Part shown: positions 1-7,700 of the stretch, one piece after another
How positions within the stretch are numbered: position 1 is the stretch's first letter
How the letters are laid out: every line of letters begins with the position of its first letter
Assembly (NCBI GenBank): GCA_963801355.1
Contig: CAWDEM010000008.1
Span: 288,001-352,000, forward strand
DNA length: 64,000 nucleotides
Source of the DNA: Ignavibacteriota bacterium
GTDB lineage: Bacteria > Bacteroidota > Ignavibacteria > UBA10030 > UBA6906
Direction: 5' to 3'
Notes under the pieces: model-generated
What the model was told of the DNA's origin: nothing
Database searches by the model: none
What the model saw: only the letters and a program-made list of their open reading frames with translations
Made by a program: the position numbers and the translations under genes

Positions 1-61
1 TTCTCATCCCGTCCTCACTCATGCAGGAAGCTGGTCGATCTTCACCGTTCTGCAGAGTGCA

Positions 62-877
62 TTGAAGCCTCTGGTGCTGTTCATGCGGGTCAACGGCGTG
101 GAGTCGCCCGTCCCTCCGTCATACGGAAATCTCCCATGGTTCATGGTATGCGGGGTCTTTCTCCTCGTGAGCATGCAACGTGCATTGAAGAAGCGGAATC
201 TCGACTTGCGATTTGTGACGCCGGTCGTGTTTTGCCTTTGCTGTGTTCTCGTCCTGCCTGATCCACTTCTGGGGATCGACCAACCCGGAACACGATTCAT
301 GATTCCCTTGATTGTTTTCTTGATCCTGCTCCTCGGTCGAGTCCGCATACAAGTTCCTTGGGGGGTCGCTCTTGTTGGCGTTGCGTTGGCTGCTGCGCTG
401 TACAATCTCTTCTGGTTTGGCAGGTTCGATGAAAAGGCATCGCAATTGTTTCAGGATCTCGATGGTGCGACGCAAGGCCGTGAAGCCGCATATGTCCTGG
501 CGCTGGACTGGCCTCAAGCCACGGCTTTTTCCGAGAGGATCTCGGCATACGCCGGGGGGCTTTCCGGAATCCCGCAGCTGTATAATGCGCGCAAAAATCT
601 CATTGCGGAGATTCCTGAGACAGGACCCGTGATCATGAATCCCACCCTCCACGCCCGGTTTCCAGCACCCGCCGGAACAGACCTGGCATCCTGGACTACG
701 TCAATTTTGACTTCGTACCCACTGCTCGAGAAGTTCTCACAAATACTCGTTGTTGGGAAAAATGATGAGTCGGCACGAAGTATCCGGAATCTCCTCGATC
801 ACGAGTGGCAGATCGCTGTTCAAGGGGAAGCGTGGACAATACTCCGATCACCTCTCCGGACGGCAGGGCCACGGTAA
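62..877 (+). CDS. Membrane protein, 3' part (probably begins upstream of the window); possibly a GT-C-like glycosyltransferase
   Basis: Several hydrophobic TM segments followed by a soluble domain; its TAA (875-877) overlaps the ATG of the next gene. Confidence 0.55.
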   Translation: MKPLVLFMRVNGVESPVPPSYGNLPWFMVCGVFLLVSMQRALKKRNLDLRFVTPVVFCLCCVLVLPDPLLGIDQPGTRFMIPLIVFLILLLGRVRIQVPWGVALVGVALAAALYNLFWFGRFDEKASQLFQDLDGATQGREAAYVLALDWPQATAFSERISAYAGGLSGIPQLYNARKNLIAEIPETGPVIMNPTLHARFPAPAGTDLASWTTSILTSYPLLEKFSQILVVGKNDESARSIRNLLDHEWQIAVQGEAWTILRSPLRTAGPR

Positions 878-1788
878 TGCAGAATCCAAACGGCACAGGC
901 ACCGTCATAGTCCAGTGGCGAGATCCAGACTCGACGGCAGTTTGTTTGAAACATGTTCGCGCGCTTGTGTTGCCCCCCCGAGTGATAATCGTCGTTGACA
1001 ACGAGTCTAAAGAAGACATTCGCGAAGCCCAGGCCGGGCTCTCTCCCGAAGTGACATTCGTAGGGCTTGCACGTAACGAAGGGCATCCGTGCGCGGTGAA
1101 TATCGGCGCCCGTATCGCCATGGATCTCGGCTGTGAATACCTGTTGCTCCTTGACAATGATGCCTTTGTAACGCCATCGTGTCTCGAAAAGCTGGAAGGG
1201 ATACTTCGAGCTGAGCCCTCCGTTGGCGCGGTATCACCGTTAATATTATCGGGAAGGCGCCCGGGCTTGATCTGGTATGGCGGGGGCAAAGTGTCATTCC
1301 TTGGGAACAGCGTGCACGAGTGCATGTGGAAGCCTGCAGATCAGGCAGGGCGGTCGACCAGGGCGGTAGAATTCGTCACATCGTGCGCCCTCCTCGTACG
1401 TTTTGCCGCATTTACTGCTGTAGGCGGATTCGATTCCTCACTGCATGCGTACACGGACGATCTGGATTTTTCGCTTCGGTTGAGGCGTGCGGGTTACTCT
1501 CTCCTGTACGCTCCAGCCGCGGAAGTTACCCACGGTGAATCCGTGAATGTCATCAAGGTTGCGGGTAAACCCTTCAGGGACTACTACACGATGCGGAATC
1601 GCCTGATTGTGATCCGCCGACACGGCACATGGCTGCAAAAACTCCTGGGCATCCCGCTGAGCATCCTCTGGTATGGTGCTGCATACGCCGCCGTATTCCT
1701 GTTGAGGGGTGAGTGGCGGCGTTCCCGGGCACTGTGCCGCGGGATTCTGGATTTCATGCTCGGCCGCAGTGGAATGAGAGAGGTCTGA
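877..1788 (+). CDS. Glycosyltransferase family 2
   Basis: IIVVDNES, N.G...AVNIG, LLLLDNDA (DxD), DDLDFSLR motifs; ATG at 877 overlaps the upstream stop. Confidence 0.9.
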   Translation: MQNPNGTGTVIVQWRDPDSTAVCLKHVRALVLPPRVIIVVDNESKEDIREAQAGLSPEVTFVGLARNEGHPCAVNIGARIAMDLGCEYLLLLDNDAFVTPSCLEKLEGILRAEPSVGAVSPLILSGRRPGLIWYGGGKVSFLGNSVHECMWKPADQAGRSTRAVEFVTSCALLVRFAAFTAVGGFDSSLHAYTDDLDFSLRLRRAGYSLLYAPAAEVTHGESVNVIKVAGKPFRDYYTMRNRLIVIRRHGTWLQKLLGIPLSILWYGAAYAAVFLLRGEWRRSRALCRGILDFMLGRSGMREV

Positions 1789-1795
1789 ATCGCTC

Positions 1796-2923
1796 ATGCG
1801 CATACTTGCACTTGAAACAATTGCAGTGGAAGCAGCACGGCGCTCCGCATACCGTTCGCTGGCGCGCTTCAACGGTTGCGATGTCCATCTCCTGGTTCCT
1901 GTCGCCTGGAGGGAGCAGGGGGGAGTCATGCAAGCGGAAGCAGAGTCCGACAGTCTGCTCCACGTGCACACTACCGGCATACATTTCGGCTTCCGACAGC
2001 ACCGCGTTCTTTATTCCAATCTCCGGCGCATCCTGCGAAAGTTGCAGCCGGATGTGCTCTATTGCGACGCGGAACCGGAAAACTACACGGCAGCCCAGTG
2101 CCGATTGGCTATCGATAGGGTTTCACCCCGAACTCGCCTCGCACTCGTTTCATCGAGAAATCTGGACTACCTCTCCATCGGTTTCCCTTACCGGCTTGCC
2201 TTCACACACCGATGGTGCGACAATCTCCTCCGCCGCCACCCTGCAGACGTCATGTTCGTCCGTCCGCGGTCCACGATGCATTTGCTTGAGGCTTATGGGC
2301 ACTCCGTGGTGCACCTTCCGCACCCTGTCGACACGTCACTCTTTGCCCCTGAGACTTCACCGGCACACCTGACCGATGTAAGCACGTTCACTATTGGATA
2401 CGTCGGGCGCCTGACCGAGAGCAAGGGAGTCCACGTAATAGTGAAATCTCTTATGAATTTGCCCCGAAGCGTGCGCGCGTTGATCGTCGGCCAGGGCCCG
2501 GCTCAAGAGAGCCTGGAAGAATTGACAAGAGATCTGGGCGTAGCCGATAGGACCAGGTTCGTCCCCGCAGTCCCCTATGCGCGTGTTCCTGGGATCCTTC
2601 GCAGCATGGACGTCCTCGTTCTGCCGTCGCTGCCGACCAGTCACTGGGTCGAGCAATTCGGCCGTGTCTTGATCGAATCTATGGCCTGTGGCACACCTGT
2701 CGTGGCGTCACGCAGCGGTGAAATCCCTGAAGTGCTGGGAGAAGGCGGAATACTGGTGGAACCGGGGGACGAGAAGGAGTTGGTCCGGGCCATCGAGCAC
2801 CTTCTGCGAAATCCCTCGCGACGCACGACATTGGGTTTGGCCGGTCGTGCACGTGTGCTTCAGAATTATTCCGCCGATGTCGTCGCCGGGATCATGCACT
2901 CCGCTTTCAACGCTTGCGTGTAA
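1796..2923 (+). CDS. Glycosyltransferase family 4
   Basis: GYVGRLTESKG and EQFGRVLIESMACGTPVVAS (EX7E) GT-B motifs. Confidence 0.92.
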   Translation: MRILALETIAVEAARRSAYRSLARFNGCDVHLLVPVAWREQGGVMQAEAESDSLLHVHTTGIHFGFRQHRVLYSNLRRILRKLQPDVLYCDAEPENYTAAQCRLAIDRVSPRTRLALVSSRNLDYLSIGFPYRLAFTHRWCDNLLRRHPADVMFVRPRSTMHLLEAYGHSVVHLPHPVDTSLFAPETSPAHLTDVSTFTIGYVGRLTESKGVHVIVKSLMNLPRSVRALIVGQGPAQESLEELTRDLGVADRTRFVPAVPYARVPGILRSMDVLVLPSLPTSHWVEQFGRVLIESMACGTPVVASRSGEIPEVLGEGGILVEPGDEKELVRAIEHLLRNPSRRTTLGLAGRARVLQNYSADVVAGIMHSAFNACV

Positions 2924-2936
2924 GTTTCTGTCATTA

Positions 2937-2965
2937 TTGAAGTTGTCCGCGGAATTCATTAGTTT
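2937..2965 (+). promoter_or_regulatory. Putative sigma70 promoter (TTGAAG-N17-TAGTTT), likely giving a leaderless GT9 mRNA
   Basis: -35 at 2937-2942, 17-bp spacer, -10 at 2960-2965; ATG at 2974 with no SD. Confidence 0.45.
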
Positions 2966-2973
2966 TTTCTACT

Positions 2974-4047
2974 ATGCGCTCGATTCTTGTCGTGGAGTTG
3001 ACACGCCTCGGCGACGTTATTTGCATGATTCCGGCACTGGCCCGCCTGCGGAGTGCCTTCCCGAAGGCCGAAATCACGTGCGTCGTTCAAAGTCAGTACG
3101 CGGAACTCGTCGAGTCGCTTGATTTGAATATGAGGGCGGTCGGTCTGGACGCGACCCGTAGTTTAAGTGGCTTTCTTCCGGCGCTTCGGGCGGTCCGCCG
3201 GGTAAGGGCTGACCTGGCCTGCTCGATGAGCCCGGCGAAAAGGAATGCCCTGTTGACTATTGGATGCCGTGCTCCCGTGAAAGCCGGTTATCTCCGGTTC
3301 CTTAATGCGCAAATCCAATATCTCCACAGGTCGCCTGTGAGTGTGTGGGGACAGAAGGCCGCCACAGAAACCAGCTATGGCAGGGAGCACCTCACAATGC
3401 GGGCGTTGAAGGTGTGTGATGCTCTGGGCCTGCCCGGGACACCGTCGTTGCCTCTTCCGGCAATGCGACGGGATGTGCTTTCGAATGCATACCGGCGCAT
3501 CGCACCGTTTCTGGAATCTGTCCGTAAGCCGTTCGTTGTTGTGCATCCTTTCGCGGGGTGGGAATACAAACAATGGCCCGTGCAGAGCTTTCTGCAGCTG
3601 GCACAGAGAATTGTTGCGGAAATCAATGAGGATGTGGTGGTGATCTGCGAGGAAGGGGAGCGCGCACGCTGGCAAGCCGCATCAACGGGGTCGCCACAGG
3701 GAAGCCGGATGCACCTCTTCTCTTCGACGTCTCTTGTGGACACCGGCGCATTGCTGCATGGGGCATCCGCGATGGTGGGCAACGACTCGGGCCCTCTCCA
3801 TCTGGCCGGCCTCATGGAGGTGCCGATTGTGGGACTCTACGGACCTGCCACACCGGATCTGACTGCTCCCCGTGGAGCGATAGGTGCTTTCCTTTTTCAC
3901 TCCATCGAATGTTCACCCTGTCCACAGGTGACCTGCGTGCACCCTGAAAATCCGTGCATGAATGCCATCACGGTCGAAGAAGTGCTGGCGGCGATCCGTT
4001 CTCTGGCCAGGGCAGGCACTCCAAATCCTGCGAGTGCATATGCCTAA
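2974..4047 (+). CDS. Glycosyltransferase family 9 (heptosyltransferase-like)
   Basis: RLGDVI, HPFAGWEYKQWP, GNDSGPLHLA, GLYGPA motifs; C-terminal CSPC..C....C cluster. Confidence 0.9.
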   Translation: MRSILVVELTRLGDVICMIPALARLRSAFPKAEITCVVQSQYAELVESLDLNMRAVGLDATRSLSGFLPALRAVRRVRADLACSMSPAKRNALLTIGCRAPVKAGYLRFLNAQIQYLHRSPVSVWGQKAATETSYGREHLTMRALKVCDALGLPGTPSLPLPAMRRDVLSNAYRRIAPFLESVRKPFVVVHPFAGWEYKQWPVQSFLQLAQRIVAEINEDVVVICEEGERARWQAASTGSPQGSRMHLFSSTSLVDTGALLHGASAMVGNDSGPLHLAGLMEVPIVGLYGPATPDLTAPRGAIGAFLFHSIECSPCPQVTCVHPENPCMNAITVEEVLAAIRSLARAGTPNPASAYA

Positions 4048-4786
4048 AGGCAACATTCTCGGCGTAAACGTTGACGTGATCGACAAGGACGGCCTGCATG
4101 AGGCAATCGGGTCGAGTGTGGCAGGGCACGGGAAGGACGTGTATGCATATGCGAATATCCACGCAATAAATCTCGCTCAGGACCTTCCACAATTCAAGGC
4201 ATTCCTCAACTCAGCACACGTCGTATACTGCGACGGCGAGGGTGTCCGTCTCGGTGCGCGTTTGCTGGGTTTCACGCTCCCACCCCGGGTCGTTCTGACC
4301 TACTGGGCATGGGAACTTTGCGCATTTTGTGCTGATGAGGGGTACTCGGTGTACTTCCTCGGTGGTCATGAAAATGTAATTGCACTCGCGGCAGACCGGG
4401 CCGCCCGTCGTTTTCCGCAATTGAAAATCAAGGGATGGCACAACGGTTACTTCGACAAGCAGGGGCCGGAGAATGATACGGTGCTCCGGTGCATCAATGA
4501 GGCCGCCCCGGATATCCTCCTCGTGGGTTTCGGAATGCCGATGCAGGAAGAGTGGATCGGTGCCAATCTCTCACATCTGGAATCCCGGGTTATTCTGCCG
4601 GCGGGATCGCTCTTCGACTACATGTCCGGCACGAAAAGCATTGCCCCCGAGTGGATGGCGAACCACGGGCTGGAGTGGATGTACCGGCTGATGCAAGAAC
4701 CGGGCCGGTTGTGGAAAAGGTATCTCATCGGCAACCCGCTCTTCTTTCTCAGAGTCATGCTTCAATCGATCCGGGGAGGTACGTGA
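4040..4786 (+). CDS. WecB/TagA/CpsF family glycosyltransferase (GT26)
   Basis: YCDGEGV, LVGFGMPMQEEW, APEWMANHGLEWMYRLMQEPGRLWKRY; ATG at 4040 overlaps the GT9 end. Confidence 0.93.
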   Translation: MPKGNILGVNVDVIDKDGLHEAIGSSVAGHGKDVYAYANIHAINLAQDLPQFKAFLNSAHVVYCDGEGVRLGARLLGFTLPPRVVLTYWAWELCAFCADEGYSVYFLGGHENVIALAADRAARRFPQLKIKGWHNGYFDKQGPENDTVLRCINEAAPDILLVGFGMPMQEEWIGANLSHLESRVILPAGSLFDYMSGTKSIAPEWMANHGLEWMYRLMQEPGRLWKRYLIGNPLFFLRVMLQSIRGGT

Positions 4787-7700
4787 GAGTGATGCGAAGG
4801 GGAGCGTTGCTTGCGCTGCTTGGTGCCGTGTATCTGTCCGGGCCCCACCTTGCGGCCGGTGTTCCTCCGACCGATGGCACTGTCTATCGGCTTCTCTCCC
4901 GGGATGCAGGCGGATGGACCTTTGCAGTCCAGTCCGTGCCGCGCCCCGTTTCTAAAATCGAAATCGCCGGAAGGGAATACACGCTCTTCGCAGGTGAACC
5001 GCAGGAGCGTGATGCTGCCCCCGGAAGGCCTTACCTGCCCACCGAGCCGTTGTCGCTCGGTGTTCCGTTCGACGCCGCTGTCACCGCAGACCTCCAGAAC
5101 CCTGTCTATGAAGAAGTCGCAGGGGTGCTTGTCGCTCCGGTCCCCGCGTACAGCATGACGGAAGAACGTGAAGCTGTTGCTGCGTACACGGTGGATGCCA
5201 GAGAATACGCCCGTGATGCATTCGTTCCCGCGACTACCCTCACCGTCGATCCACCCTTTGTTTTGCGGCAGCAGCGGATCTGCACAATCCGTCTGGCGCT
5301 GTACCAGTACAACCCCGCACAGAAGATCCTGCGACGCCTTATCACCGGGAACCTCCGTATCCGCTACACCCCTGATCCATCAAACGCGCCGGCACGGGCC
5401 GGGGCTGTTCAGGAAGCTGATCCCCAGTTCGAGGAAATCTACCGCAGCCTGGTTCTCAACTATGACGAGGCACGCGCGTGGCGTGCAGGAACACGCGCGG
5501 CTGCACAACCACCGGTGGACAGTGCGGGCACATGGTTCGAGTCGGGCCGTCGCTACGCACGCATTCCTGTCGCGAAGGATGGATGGCAGATCCTCTCGCG
5601 ACAACAGCTGGAGAGTGCCGGGATAAATATGACTTCGTATGGCGAAAGCGATGTGCGTCTCTTTCTTCGCGGGGCAAGCGTGCCGTTCCTCGTGCGTCGG
5701 GACACATCGATCGAGTTCTACGGCCTGCAGCGGCGGGGAGATTCCACGGCATTTGATTTCTACAGCGATACCAGCACGTACTGGCTCACATTCGGAGGGC
5801 GCGGAACCGCATTGCCGTTGACCGCCGCCCCGCAGGCGGCAGGACCGCCCGCGACTTCAATCGCCGCGGCGCGTTCCCTTCGGCACTTTGAACAGAATAC
5901 CGACTATTACGAGGGAACGGGTGAGGCCGAGGTCACGCAGAACGGTCCGGTGGCCGGAGAGGGATGGGTCTGGTCATATTTCTACCCAAATACCACCACA
6001 TCGTTTCCTTTCGAGCTGGATAACCGTGTTGCAGTCGCGGGCGACAGCGCGGTCATCACCGTGAAGCTTTTCAGCACCACTCTACACTACAATACACCCG
6101 ATCATATCGCGAGGGTGTGGGTGAATGATTCACTCGTCGGAGAGGCGCAGTTCAACGGCCGCACGCGGGGGTTCCTGCGCACGGTAGTTCCGGGTGGATG
6201 GCTGAAAGAAGGTGTAAATGCACTGAAGATCACTTCAGTGTCGACACCAAGTGTTCCGAATCAGTTTTATCTCGATTGGTTTGAAGTGGAGTATACCCGG
6301 GGCCTTTATGCCACCGGCGGATCTCTCGTGTTCTCGGGGAATCCAGGTCAGGGTGTGGCATCATACACCGTGCAAGGTTTTTCCGATAGCACGATTGAAG
6401 TCTTTGATATCGCCACGTTGCGCAAAATCTCCGGGGTGGAGGTGCACGGATCCGTCGCCACCGGCTTTTCCGCAGTCTTTCTGGATTCACTCGGCAGCCA
6501 CCACCGGTATGTAGCTGTTTCGGAGGCGGGACGGGTACCGGTGCAAGGAATGCGAGCGAAAGAATTCTCCGATCTCCGCAACAGACCCGGTGGTGCAGAC
6601 TACCTGATCGTGACACACAGGATATTCCGTACGGCTGCGCAATTGTTGGCCTCCCACAGAGCGGCACGCAACGGAGTGCGGTCTCTCGTCGTGGACGTGG
6701 ACGATCTTTATGACGAGTTCGGGTTCGGGATGAAGAGCGCCGAAGCTATCAAGGCGTTCCTCCGGCATTCCTATGCACACTGGGCCGCGCCCGCTCTGTC
6801 ATCTGTGCTGTTATTCGGTGACGCATCATGGGATCCGCACAAATTCATTTCTTCATCCGTCAAGATCGATTTCGTGCCGGCATATGGTGTGCCCGCGGGC
6901 GACGAATGGTACGGTTGTTTTGATCCGGCGTATCCGTTTCTTTCATCCTTGGTTCTCGCCCGTCTCCCCGTGGAGGACACCGTACAGGCACGGCGCACGG
7001 TTGACAAAGTGATCGGGTTCGATACACCCCCTCTTGCAGACTGGAACAAGAATTTTATGTTCATCACCGGCGGGATCGGCATATCGGAACAGACCGTATT
7101 CAACATGCTGACGGAGCCCCTCATCGCCAACAACGTACTGGCTCCGCCCGTCGGGGGGACGCCGTTCCGCATCTACAAGACTGCGGATGATGTGATTAAC
7201 GGCGACAAGAAGGCTGAGATGCAAGCATTGTTCAAGAGCGGGCTGTCGTTCGTGAATTTCCTCGGACATGCCGCAGGCCGGATATGGAACGTGGACATCG
7301 GTGATCCGAACGAACTGGAAAACAGCACGGGGATGCTGCCGTTCATTGCTTCAACCAGCTGCAACGTTTCGGCATTTGCCGAACCATCCAGCAATGTTCT
7401 CGCGGAAGATTTTGTCCTTGCGGACAACCGGGCGGCGATTGCGATGTGGGGAGCGTCGTCCCTTGGCTATGCCAACTCCGGCACGCGCCTGGTGAATGGT
7501 ATGCTGGTTGCAGTGGCCAAGGACTCCGTCCGGCGCTTCGGGGCCGCGACGGCAATCGCACGCTATAAACTCTGGCAGGAATCGGGATCGGGATACGTCA
7601 CCATCAGCATGGTTACGCTCAATCCGTTGATCGGGGACCCCTTGAGTAAGATGCCGATCCCCGTCAAACCCGATATCTCGTCAAGCGGCGGAGACCTTAC

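Noticed and set aside
4552-4782. N-terminal extension of the 1903-aa ORF
   Set aside because: Overlaps the WecB/TagA gene; the SD and signal peptide indicate a start at 4783/4792
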